Positions 47,615-56,469 of a DNA stretch of 64,000 bases are shown here, piece by piece; within the stretch, counting starts at the first letter, position 1; each line of letters starts with the position of its first letter. The stretch comes from Pseudomonadota bacterium. Lineage in GTDB: Bacteria > Pseudomonadota > Alphaproteobacteria > Rickettsiales > SXRF01. The stretch lies in NCBI GenBank assembly GCA_038043465.1, contig JBBTBX010000011.1, positions 42,204-106,203 of the forward strand, read 5' to 3'. The notes beneath the pieces are model-generated. The model did no database searches. It had not been told where the DNA came from and worked only from the letters and a program-made list of their open reading frames with translations. A program made the translations under genes and the position numbers.

Positions 47615-47644
47615 TTGAATAAACTGTTGTTAGACTTAGCATGA
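47615..47644 (+). promoter_or_regulatory. Candidate 9-codon leader ORF (TTG start, MNKLLLDLA) translationally coupled to infC
   Basis: The only strong SD (AGGAGGA, 47604-47610) is 5 nt from TTG 47615. The mini-ORF stop TGA (47642-44) overlaps the infC ATG (47641-43). An in-frame TAA at 47620 prevents any longer infC. Confidence 0.3.
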
Positions 47645-48153
47645 GTCGCCAAGATGAACCACGCGTTAACCGCGAAATCACGTCCACATCAATCCGCTTA
47701 GTAGACCAGAACGGTAACATGGTTGGTGTCGTATCCGTATCCGAAGGTATTTCCCTTGCCGAAAGAGCAGGGTTGGATTTAGTAGAAATTTCTCCGACAG
47801 CATCGCCGCCGGTTTGCAAGATTCTGGATTACGGTAAGTACCGTTATGAAATTCAGAAAAAGGCACACGAGGCCAAAAAGAAGCAGAAGGTCGTAGTTAT
47901 AAAAGAAATAAAACTCCGACCAATGATTGACAAACACGATCTGGAAATAAAAATTCGCAATACACTATCTTTCCTTGAAGAAGGTGACAAAGTGCGTATC
48001 ACTTTACGTTTCCGTGGTCGCGAGATGGATCACTCTGAGATAGGCATGAAGGTCATAAATCAGGTGCAAACAGCACTTGTTGAGCATGCAAAAATAGAGC
48101 AGTCCCCGCGCATTGAAGGCAAACAGATTTCAATGTTGGTAGGACCGAAATAG
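47641..48153 (+). CDS. infC: Translation initiation factor IF-3
   Basis: 170 aa. RVNREITSTSIRLVD...LDLVEISPTASPPVCKILDYGKYRYE is typical of IF-3. Confidence 0.9.
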   Translation: MSRQDEPRVNREITSTSIRLVDQNGNMVGVVSVSEGISLAERAGLDLVEISPTASPPVCKILDYGKYRYEIQKKAHEAKKKQKVVVIKEIKLRPMIDKHDLEIKIRNTLSFLEEGDKVRITLRFRGREMDHSEIGMKVINQVQTALVEHAKIEQSPRIEGKQISMLVGPK

Positions 48154-48156
48154 TGG

Positions 48157-48256
48157 ATAGCAGTTAACGATTAATTAGCAAGTTAATGAGATGCGACTCC
48201 TTCTCCCTCTGGGAGAAGGAATTCGAGAATGACGCTAGTTAAACGTTAACTGCTAT
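48157..48256. repeat. 100-bp nested palindrome between convergent infC and ORF 48269
   Basis: Outer arms are ATAGCAGTTAACG (48157-69) / CGTTAACTGCTAT (48244-56), extendable to about 23 bp with 2 mismatches. The inner hairpin is CCTTCTCCC-TCT-GGGAGAAGG (48199-48219), and the right part ends with TTCGAGAATGACG, resembling the R-element terminus. Confidence 0.75.
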
Positions 48257-48268
48257 ACCACCAAATCA

Positions 48269-49690
48269 CTACGAATTCTTCTTCTTGCTACCGGAAAAAT
48301 CGCTAAGATCCTGGATAATGCGAAGCTTGATAGCATTGCGGTCAGATGCTGGAATACCATAGCGAATAGCCAGCAAAGAATAATCTTCATCAGAAAGATT
48401 AATTGGAATCTGCACTGCTTCCTGATGCGATACAGGAAGTTCTATAATGCGGCGCACCACATCAGACAAACGCATTTCATTACGTATTGCCTCATCAATC
48501 ACATGATTAGCAACACGCAGGTCGCATTCCACCGCTTCATTATCCATACCATTTACTGTTTTAGTCACTGTTTTAATCTCCTGTTTTAAATCTTTTAAAT
48601 AGCCAGACGCATAATCAGCGCCAGCAACGCCATTAGTCCCAAATTTAGCTTCACTTGTGGTTGATGCACTCATTTTGCTTTTCTCCTCGTCGTTATCTTT
48701 TATTGTTTCTGTTATAGTTGTATCATGCTTTGCAATCACAGGCTCTAGCGGTGTTGGCTCAAGGTGCGGAAGTGGTATTACATCAAGCTTAACTGCTTTC
48801 CTTCTTGGAGAATCGAACCTGTCTTTATCGTAATCTGCTTCGATTTCTTTCTGTATAGCCTTCATTGTTTCGAGATTTTCTTCTTCGAATTTTTCTTCTT
48901 CCTTCTCTGTCTTTTCTGGTACGATCAGATCCGGCTCTGGCTGTTCATTCGCCGTCTCTTTTTCCTCTGATTCTTTTATTTCTTCTTTATCAGTTATTTC
49001 GGCAAAATCTGGGGTTTTATCATCCTTAACTTCCGATTTAAAATCCACCACTTGCGATTTACCGGAATAGGTAATCTCAGAAATATCGCTGGTACGGCGA
49101 TAAATAGTAGCATAAACATCAACACTTCCATCAAGATAGGATTCAATCTCTATAGCATGTTCATTGCTGTTACTACCCAGTAAAGTATATTGGAATTCCT
49201 GACCAGAATGAGATCCATCACTGCCATCACGGAAATCAGATTTATGCAAAAATCCGCGCATACCCTGAATTTCTCGTTTATACCCACCAACCAGCCAGCC
49301 TTTTAATTCCGGCACATTATCCCGGCATTTAAAGGTAGTCATAGCTTCATCGGAGGTGATATTTTTTAACGCTTCGCTATCAAATAATTTGTTCCTGTCA
49401 CTTATGGAAATTCGCCGGGAAATAGCAAGATATTGCTCGCCCTGTGCCTCAGCAACAATCATGGACACTTCAACATCTTTATCATTGCTAAGCACAAAAG
49501 ACGTGAGAACATCCTGACCGAATTGATAGCTGTTAATTGCGGTTACCGTAAGCTTGCGTCCATTAAGAGCAACCTGTGGCACATAACCAAAACCGATAAC
49601 GCTACCGATCTGCAAATCTTTCAAGCTAAGTTTAGCTGGCTGCGCTGATTTTTTTACCGGTTTCCAGAAATCTGTAATTGCTTCCAACAT
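48269..49690 (-). CDS. Hypothetical acidic protein, possible DUF4178-like N-terminal domain
   Basis: 473 aa. The N-terminal ~170 aa has a pattern reminiscent of DUF4178 (LQIGSVIGFG...). A highly acidic Glu/Lys-rich middle and a helical C-terminus follow. Family assignment is tentative. Confidence 0.5.
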   Translation of the reverse strand: MLEAITDFWKPVKKSAQPAKLSLKDLQIGSVIGFGYVPQVALNGRKLTVTAINSYQFGQDVLTSFVLSNDKDVEVSMIVAEAQGEQYLAISRRISISDRNKLFDSEALKNITSDEAMTTFKCRDNVPELKGWLVGGYKREIQGMRGFLHKSDFRDGSDGSHSGQEFQYTLLGSNSNEHAIEIESYLDGSVDVYATIYRRTSDISEITYSGKSQVVDFKSEVKDDKTPDFAEITDKEEIKESEEKETANEQPEPDLIVPEKTEKEEEKFEEENLETMKAIQKEIEADYDKDRFDSPRRKAVKLDVIPLPHLEPTPLEPVIAKHDTTITETIKDNDEEKSKMSASTTSEAKFGTNGVAGADYASGYLKDLKQEIKTVTKTVNGMDNEAVECDLRVANHVIDEAIRNEMRLSDVVRRIIELPVSHQEAVQIPINLSDEDYSLLAIRYGIPASDRNAIKLRIIQDLSDFSGSKKKNS

Positions 49691-49718
49691 ATATAATACC
49701 CATTTTTACCACAGTTTA

Positions 49719-50231
49719 TTAGTTTCTATTCCGCATAATCCTGGCCTTATCTCTCTGCCAGTCTCGTTGCTTTATAGTGTCACGCTTCTCATACTGTTTT
49801 TTACCCATTGCCAGTGCCAATTTTATTTTCGCCAAACCGCGGCTGTTGAAGTAGAGCGACAGCGGCACCAGCGTCACTCCTTTAACTTTTAATCTTCCGA
49901 GCAACTTGCGTATCTGTTTTTTATGCAGCAGCAACTTGCGCGGACGGTTGGTTTCGTGGTTAAAACGATTCCCACCAGCATATTCCGCGATATAGGCATT
50001 AAACAGCCATATCTCGCCATCTTTCTCGCCGGCATACGCATCAGTTATCTGAACCTTATTCGCCCGTAGCGATTTAACTTCAGTTCCTGTTAACACAATA
50101 CCCGCTTCAAATTCTTCTTCAACAGAATATTCAAAACGCGCTTTGCGATTTTGCGCAATACTAGAACTGGTTTTATTACTGCCAGAGCTTTTACCAGCTG
50201 TATTGTTTTTTACCGACTTTTTTTCCGACAT
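49719..50231 (-). CDS. smpB: SsrA-binding protein
   Basis: 170 aa. [32 protein letters not shown] is typical of SmpB. Confidence 0.95.
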   Translation of the reverse strand: MSEKKSVKNNTAGKSSGSNKTSSSIAQNRKARFEYSVEEEFEAGIVLTGTEVKSLRANKVQITDAYAGEKDGEIWLFNAYIAEYAGGNRFNHETNRPRKLLLHKKQIRKLLGRLKVKGVTLVPLSLYFNSRGLAKIKLALAMGKKQYEKRDTIKQRDWQRDKARIMRNRN

Positions 50232-50274
50232 GGAATCATTCCAATACGACTACTAATAAAGATGAAAAAATCTT

Positions 50275-51150
50275 TTATAGCAAGCGCAAATTATTTAATT
50301 TTTTTTCAATCTCTTTTTGTGACGATTCTGACACCCCAACTAAAGGTAGGCGCAGATTAGCAAGGCACTTACCCATAAGTGACGCTGCATATTTAACCGG
50401 AGCAGGGCTAGTCTCGCAAAACAAAACAGAGTTTAACGCAACCAACCTATCATGCAAAGTCAGCGCACTGACATAATCTTTTTTCAAACATGCTTCCTGA
50501 ACTTCCGCGCAAGCTTTCGGCATTATATTGGACGCAACGGAAATACACCCCTGCCCGCCAGAAACATTAAACGCCACCGCCGTCATATCTTCACCAGATA
50601 GCAGACAAAAATCTTTCTTTAATTTTGCCCTTAGAGTATATGGTCGCGCCAGATCCCCAGTTGCATCTTTAAGACCAACAATATTAGGCAGTTCTGCCAG
50701 ACGCGCAATAGTCTCGTCTTTAATATCAACAATAGTTCGCCCCGGGACATTATATAAAATAATCGGTATATCCACAGCATCATTAATTGCTTTAAAATGC
50801 TGATATAAGCCTTCCTGATTCGGCTTATTGTAATATGGAGCAACCACCAGAACGCAGTCTGCCCCCGCCTTTTTAGCGTGACGCGTGGTCATTATCGCTT
50901 CATCAGTCGAGTTTGAGCCAGTTCCAGCCATAACCGGCACTCTACCCCTCGCCACTTCCACGCATAAATCAATAACACGGTTATGCTCATCATGAGTCAG
51001 AGTCGGTGATTCACCAGTAGTTCCACAAGGGACAAGCCCATGCACCCCCTGCCCTATCTGCCATTCTACAAATTTCTGGAATGCAGCTTCGTCCACAGTG
51101 CCTTTGGCAGTAAATGGGGTAATTAATGCAGTATATACGCCTTTGAACAT
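50275..51150 (-). CDS. dapA: 4-hydroxy-tetrahydrodipicolinate synthase
   Basis: 291 aa. ALITPF...GLVPCGTTGESPTL is typical of DapA. Confidence 0.95.
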   Translation of the reverse strand: MFKGVYTALITPFTAKGTVDEAAFQKFVEWQIGQGVHGLVPCGTTGESPTLTHDEHNRVIDLCVEVARGRVPVMAGTGSNSTDEAIMTTRHAKKAGADCVLVVAPYYNKPNQEGLYQHFKAINDAVDIPIILYNVPGRTIVDIKDETIARLAELPNIVGLKDATGDLARPYTLRAKLKKDFCLLSGEDMTAVAFNVSGGQGCISVASNIMPKACAEVQEACLKKDYVSALTLHDRLVALNSVLFCETSPAPVKYAASLMGKCLANLRLPLVGVSESSQKEIEKKLNNLRLL

Positions 51151-51176
51151 AATTTTAGTTGACAGTTAGTTGTTGA
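51122..51176. repeat. 55-bp direct repeat, left copy (dapA 5' end plus 26 nt upstream)
   Basis: ATTAATGCAGTATATACGCCTTTGAACATAATTTTAGTTGACAGTTAGTTGTTGA is identical to 53417-53471. Confidence 0.95.
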
Positions 51177-51211
51177 GGTTGTTGTTGGATAATGGTTATT
51201 AAACCTTCATA

Positions 51212-51844
51212 ATGCAATCGTCAACAAATATGCCAACCATTTATCAGCTTAAAAGTCGCTTTCAAGCCATATTGCGCCCCATGGTTAAAAACCTTGCATT
51301 GAGTGGAGTTACAGCCAATCAAGTAACACTCTCCGCCATCGTTCTTTCTGCATTGGGCGGTTTGTATATGCTTATTGCACCAGAAGCGCGGTTACCGTGG
51401 TTATTATTATCTCCATTACTATTTATCCGCATGGCACTTAACGCTATAGATGGAATGTTAGCACGTGAATATAATATGCAATCAAAACTCGGGGCGATTC
51501 TCAATGAACTAGGAGATGTACTGTCGGATATATTTTTATATTTGCCATTTGCATTAATTATTGGGGTTGAGAGCTGGATAGTAGTTATTATCTGCTTGCT
51601 TGCAGTTATAAGTGAAATGACAGGATTAATCAGCATCCAAATTGGTGCAAACAGACGTTATGATGGACCAATGGGAAAGAGCGATCGGGCGTTTGTATTT
51701 GGCACAGTTGGTTTACTGCTAGGGTTAGGAATAATCTCAGTATTCTGGCTTAATATAATTTTTGCTATTGTAGTTTTATTATTGCTGATAACAATTTATA
51801 ATCGTGCCAATAACGCCTTAAAGGAAGCAGAAAAGCGTGCCTAA
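51212..51844 (+). CDS. CDP-alcohol phosphatidyltransferase family protein (YnbA-like)
   Basis: 210-aa polytopic protein with signature DG(x2)AR(x8)G(x3)D(x3)D seen as AIDGMLAREYNMQSKLGAILNELGDVLSD. Confidence 0.8.
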   Translation: MQSSTNMPTIYQLKSRFQAILRPMVKNLALSGVTANQVTLSAIVLSALGGLYMLIAPEARLPWLLLSPLLFIRMALNAIDGMLAREYNMQSKLGAILNELGDVLSDIFLYLPFALIIGVESWIVVIICLLAVISEMTGLISIQIGANRRYDGPMGKSDRAFVFGTVGLLLGLGIISVFWLNIIFAIVVLLLLITIYNRANNALKEAEKRA

Positions 51845-52766
51845 TTCAACAATTATCTATGCTACAGGATGCGTATGGATATTGTTGTTTATAGCCAGCA
51901 TTATTGTTTTCGCACTTACCAAACACAGCCCAGAGAAGGATTACAAAGAATTAGTCCTCCGTACCAAAAGTTGGTGGGGAATGATTGCGATTTTTACCTT
52001 CGCTATACTTACCAGCCGTACAGTATCACTGTGGTTTCTTGGTTTATTAAGTTTCCTTGCACTCAAAGAATTTTTATCCATGATCCCTACTCGTCGCGCC
52101 GATAGGCGAGTGTTGTTTTGGGCATATATCACCATCCCTATTCAGTATTATTTGGCAGATCAAGAATGGTATGGAATGTTCATTATCTTCATACCAGTAT
52201 ATGCCTTTCTCTTTGTTCCTTTTCGTATGATTATCACTCAAAAAACCGAGGGTTTCTTAAATGCTGTTGGTAATATCCATTGGGGATTAATGCTGTGTGT
52301 GTTTGCAATTAGCCACACCGCCTATTTGCTTGTTCTACCAACGTTACCCAACCATCTATCTGGCGGTACAGGACTATTGCTTTATCTAGCCTTTCTTACA
52401 CAACTAAATGATGTGGCACAATATATGTGGGGAAAATCTTTTGGAAAACATAAAATACTTCCTATCGTTAGTCCCAAAAAAACATGGGAAGGCTTGATAG
52501 GTGGGGTTTTTACTACTACCCTCACCGCTATCATCATAGCTCCCTATATAACTCCTTTTGATATACCGCACTCTCTTTTAGCTGGTTTATTGATTAGTAT
52601 CGCTGGATTTATCGGTGATGTTACTATTTCCGCCATTAAAAGGGATATAGGAGTAAAAGATACGGGAGCAATAATTCCAGGACATGGTGGCATTATGGAT
52701 AGAATCGACAGCCTGACTTTTACCGCACCATTATTTTTCCATTTTACTTATTATTTTTATTACTAG
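51837..52766 (+). CDS. Phosphatidate cytidylyltransferase family protein (CdsA paralog, YnbB-like)
   Basis: 309 aa with C-terminal signature SPKKTWEGLIGG...IKRDIGVKDTGAIIPGHGGIMDRIDS. It overlaps the previous gene by 8 nt. Confidence 0.8.
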   Translation: MPNSTIIYATGCVWILLFIASIIVFALTKHSPEKDYKELVLRTKSWWGMIAIFTFAILTSRTVSLWFLGLLSFLALKEFLSMIPTRRADRRVLFWAYITIPIQYYLADQEWYGMFIIFIPVYAFLFVPFRMIITQKTEGFLNAVGNIHWGLMLCVFAISHTAYLLVLPTLPNHLSGGTGLLLYLAFLTQLNDVAQYMWGKSFGKHKILPIVSPKKTWEGLIGGVFTTTLTAIIIAPYITPFDIPHSLLAGLLISIAGFIGDVTISAIKRDIGVKDTGAIIPGHGGIMDRIDSLTFTAPLFFHFTYYFYY

Positions 52767-52790
52767 ATCATAAAAAATATACACGATCTC

Positions 52791-53417
52791 ATGCGTTTGC
52801 TGTTTTTTATATTGGTAAGAATAATTGTGTTAATATTGCTCGGATTGAATGTCCGCAGGGGGAAATTATTACCAACCGAAGGACCTGCAATTATTGTTGC
52901 AAATCACAATAGTCACCTAGATACACTAGTTCTCATTAGTCTTTTTCCACTTAGACAATTACACAAAATTCATCCCATAGCTGCCGCTGATTATTTTCTA
53001 AAAAACCGATTGCTGGCATGGTTCTCCACACAAATTATCGGTATCATTCCAATTTCTCGTGGTAAAGCCAGTAAGAGCTATGACCCGCTACAACCATGTT
53101 GCAATGCGCTTAATAATGGAGATATTATTATATTATTTCCAGAAGGTTCGCGCGGAGAGCCAGAACATATTTCGCAATTTAAAAAGGGAATTGCCCATAT
53201 TGCTGAACGATACCCTAATATTCCTGTTACACCAGTATTTATACACGGGCTAGGTAAAGCCCTTCCCAAAGGTGATTTCGTTTTAGTCCCATTTTTTTGT
53301 GATATATTTATAGGAAATGCATTTTATTTACAAAGTGATAAACAAGAATTTATGAACTCACTTTCCAATCAATTTGAGGCTCTATCAAATGAGAAAAAAT
53401 TTGCCCCTTGGGAGTGA
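52791..53417 (+). CDS. Lysophospholipid (1-acyl-sn-glycerol-3-phosphate) acyltransferase family protein
   Basis: 208 aa with the HX4D motif (NHNSHLD) and FPEGSRG. Its stop TGA ends exactly where the right 55-bp repeat copy begins. Confidence 0.8.
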   Translation: MRLLFFILVRIIVLILLGLNVRRGKLLPTEGPAIIVANHNSHLDTLVLISLFPLRQLHKIHPIAAADYFLKNRLLAWFSTQIIGIIPISRGKASKSYDPLQPCCNALNNGDIIILFPEGSRGEPEHISQFKKGIAHIAERYPNIPVTPVFIHGLGKALPKGDFVLVPFFCDIFIGNAFYLQSDKQEFMNSLSNQFEALSNEKKFAPWE

Positions 53418-53471
53418 TTAATGCAGTATATACGCCTTTGAACATAATTTTAGTTGACAGTTAGTTGTTGA
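53417..53471. repeat. 55-bp direct repeat, right copy (contains a 29-nt orphan dapA 5' fragment on the minus strand, 53417-53445)
   Basis: Exact copy of 51122-51176. Sequence diverges immediately after ...GTTGTTGA. Confidence 0.95.
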
Positions 53472-53495
53472 TGGTTAAAGAAGATGTCTCGGAAT

Positions 53496-53527
53496 TTTGA
53501 TGATTTGATGATTGGATTATTAGATTA
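53496..53527. repeat. Octamer tract (TTTGATGA TTTGATGA TTGGATTA TTAGATTA)
   Basis: Four consecutive 8-mers with single-step substitutions, upstream of the tRNA-Pro promoter region. Confidence 0.6.
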
Positions 53528-53559
53528 TTAAGCGAAACAATGCAATTGCTTTATAACCC

Positions 53560-53587
53560 TTGCTTAGTCATCAAATTATCTGATAAT
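53560..53587 (+). promoter_or_regulatory. Candidate sigma-70-type promoter upstream of the tRNA-Pro 5' fragment
   Basis: TTGCTT-N16-GATAAT, ending about 14 nt before the first CGGGGAG (53602). Confidence 0.35.
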
Positions 53588-53598
53588 CTGATCATCTA

Positions 53599-53620
53599 TG
53601 TCGGGGAGTAGCGCAGTCTG
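53599..53620 (+). repeat. Orphan 5' fragment of tRNA-Pro (first 19 nt plus 3 upstream nt)
   Basis: TGTCGGGGAGTAGCGCAGTCTG is identical to 53686-53707, and the sequence then diverges (CCACC vs GTAGC). Confidence 0.9.
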
Positions 53621-53688
53621 CCACCTGAACGTGAGTGAAGGATAAATTATAAAACGCTACCAGACGTTTTCTGGTGGTTGTTACGTGT

Positions 53689-53750
<62 letters not shown>

Positions 53751-53765
<15 letters not shown>

Positions 53766-55229
53766 CTCTTTATAAGAGTGTTTACCTACCATTAGTTGGA
53801 ACGGATTACGCAAGGAATACTCTAGGTTTCCGCCCTTCAAAGCGAGGTTCGAAAAAACGAATCCAATCAACTGGCGTTTTTCCTCAATTTTCGAACTTTC
53901 AAAAATTTCATAAGCTGTTGATGCTATAGAAAACAAGCCTTCCACTGTGATTTTAAAGCTATCATCACCGTTTTCATGGTTCTTTGACATGATGTTAATT
54001 TCAAGCTGCCGTTCTTTAAGTGACTGCGCTTTTATGTCGTATTCATTCTTAGTAATACTCTTATCAAGGCGCATTTCTAATAAGACATTAAGTTTATCCC
54101 TTATTTCTACATATTCCTTTTGCAGGCTTTTAACTGCTTCCATGTGAAAGTCTTTTTCGGCTTCATGTCCTGATTTTAGATGCTCGGTCAGTGCTGCTAT
54201 TAAATTGGCTGGCAAGTGGAATGACTTAAAAACTTCCTTAATCTGTTCTAAAATCTGGTTTTCAGGAATAAATAACCGCTTTTCTGGATTTTCGGGGTCA
54301 CGGCAAATCAGATAAACAAACTTGCCTTTTTTAAGGTCACAAGTAACGCGCCTGCCAGATACCGCACATTTCAACAATCCACGAAACACAAATGGCTTTT
54401 CAGTAGTTCTAACTTGTTGGGTTCTATTATTACCTAAGCGAACTTCCTGACACTTATCAAATAACTCTTTGGTTATTAATTGTTCATATTTATGCTCGTA
54501 TAGATTTCCTTTAACCTTCATTACACCATAATAAAATGGGTTTTGTAGCATCAAGTGAATCTGGCTGGATGTTATTGGTGAGTTTGTTTTTCTGTTAGTA
54601 AGACCCCACTGTTTAACTTTTCTGGCTAAATCGCCTGAAATTGAATTTGTGCCATTGGCATATTCCATAAATAACTTACGAACTAAAAACGCTCTTTCTG
54701 GGTCAAGTATGATAGAGGCTTTACCGCTATTATTGCGAACATTGAGATAACCAAGCGGTGCTGCACTTGTCCATTCGCCATTACGAACCATGTATTCCAT
54801 GCTACGGCGCACATTCTCGGAAAGGTTAAGTACATAAGACTTTGCACCCATAACCGAAAAATCCCAACGCAGAATATCAGAAGAAGTTGCATTCTGGTTG
54901 ATAATCATATTTTCACGGTAAAAATGCAGTTCAACCAATCCCTTTTGCCGTAACTCATCAATCATTACCGATTCTTTGAAACTACGCTGGAAGCGGTCTA
55001 CGGCATCGGCAACTATAGCAATGGTTTCTTTCTGGACTTTGGCAAAATCCAACATAGCGTTAAATTCAGTTCTTTTGCCCCTTGTGGATGATTCTATAAT
55101 TTCAAACACTTTGATGACTTCAAGCCCTTTACGCTCACAGTAATCAATTAAACGCTGTTTCTGTGCGGAAATGGAATGTCCATCTTCCTGCTCTTTGGTT
55201 GATACACGCGCTAATATCACGGCTTTCAT
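53751..55229 (-). CDS. Large serine recombinase (resolvase/invertase N-domain + recombinase domain + zinc-ribbon)
   Basis: 492 aa with N-terminus AVILARVSTKEQEDGHSISAQ (catalytic Ser region), the recombinase-domain pattern PLGY...LKCAVSGRRVTC and a coiled-coil C-terminus. The last 15 nt overlap tRNA-Pro. Confidence 0.85.
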
Positions 55230-56125
55230 AAAACTGCCTTTCTATAAATATCATTTAGTGTACGACCATCAGAAAGTTTCCATGTTATCCAGCCATTAAG
55301 GGAGTTGCCAACAATCAAACTTGCGGCGGCTGATGGACTTGGAAATAAATAATTTTCTACAAAAAAGAGAGTTCCATTTTTATCATTAACAACATTATCC
55401 TTAATCAATTTTTCTCGAATATTAACCACATTTGTTTTTGATAACGATTCGCTTAAATCCTTTGATAACTTTGCACCCGCAAATACTAAGAACCCCTCCT
55501 GAGTATATTTGCCGGATGCTTCTGCGCCACGTCCTTTAATTCTAAACAACATATCATCTGATGATTGTATCGTATTAGTATTGCCGGAAATAGTTAGAGC
55601 AGGTTGCCTAGTAGAAGTTAATGGCTGGAATATATTTAATCCTAATGTAGAAACCAACAAATCAATACTATCAAAGTTATCAAATAAATCAGCTTCTGTT
55701 GATTCTGGCGCATAAGGTTTTGTTGGTATATTGCCGTTTTCTAATAAGCACCTATTGGCATTAGTTGCTTTATTATGACAAAGCCATTCCAAGAATTTGA
55801 CATGCGTTTTTGTTAAATGCTTACTGTTGGAAGTTAGGGATATAGCATAATTCCAAAAGTCCTTATTAGCATTGTGATTTAGAAGCCTTGTATAAACCAC
55901 CTCGGCTTCGCCAATATATACTAGCGGTTTTGCATGTTCTTCAGATGAACCTACTAATAAATATATTCCCACCCCTTGCAATGACTCACGCGATTTAAGG
56001 TCACTTAGCTTTGCTCTTGGTATATAAGTAGCCTCTATATTCCTATTACGGATATGGGCAACCTTAACCCCTGTAGGCTCACCATCTGGAAGGAATATTT
56101 CTATGGTACGCGCTCCAGATACCAT
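55226..56125 (-). CDS. GIY-YIG nuclease family protein with C-terminal DUF4357-like domain
   Basis: GIYLLVG...VYIGEA (GIY-YIG), an N-terminal TIEIFLPDGEPTG segment and C-terminal FPSPSAAASLIVGNSLNGWITWK. Start is taken at MVSGART (ATG 56123-56125). Its stop overlaps the recombinase ATG (ATGA). Confidence 0.7.
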   Translation of the reverse strand: MVSGARTIEIFLPDGEPTGVKVAHIRNRNIEATYIPRAKLSDLKSRESLQGVGIYLLVGSSEEHAKPLVYIGEAEVVYTRLLNHNANKDFWNYAISLTSNSKHLTKTHVKFLEWLCHNKATNANRCLLENGNIPTKPYAPESTEADLFDNFDSIDLLVSTLGLNIFQPLTSTRQPALTISGNTNTIQSSDDMLFRIKGRGAEASGKYTQEGFLVFAGAKLSKDLSESLSKTNVVNIREKLIKDNVVNDKNGTLFFVENYLFPSPSAAASLIVGNSLNGWITWKLSDGRTLNDIYRKAVL

Positions 56126-56126
56126 C

Positions 56127-56447
56127 TTATACCCCTGCCCTGTGTTCAATATGCTGGTAGGGCTTTATTTTGGCTACCTGTGCGGATATTTTCTGTCTGG
56201 CTTCCTTTGTGTCATAGAGAATCTGCAACTTTTGGAAAAATCCATCGGTAAGACCAAAAAACTTACACAAGCGCAAATCGGTATCGGCGGTTATGTCGCG
56301 TGTTCCATTGACAATGGCATTGATACGGTTAGGGGGTACGCCAATAGCCTTTGCCAGTGCGTTCTGGCTCATTCCTATTTCATCTAAAAGTTCAGTTTTT
56401 AGAATATCCCCAGGATGTGGGTTCTTTAATTTGTTTGTCATAATCAC
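56127..56447 (-). CDS. higA: HigA family antitoxin (XRE-type HTH)
   Basis: HPGDILKTELLDEIGMSQNALAKAIGVPPNRINAIVNGTRDITADTDLRLCKFFG is typical of HigA/VapI. Confidence 0.85.
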   Translation of the reverse strand: MIMTNKLKNPHPGDILKTELLDEIGMSQNALAKAIGVPPNRINAIVNGTRDITADTDLRLCKFFGLTDGFFQKLQILYDTKEARQKISAQVAKIKPYQHIEHRAGV

Positions 56448-56469
56448 AACCTTTCAATCACTACTGCTT

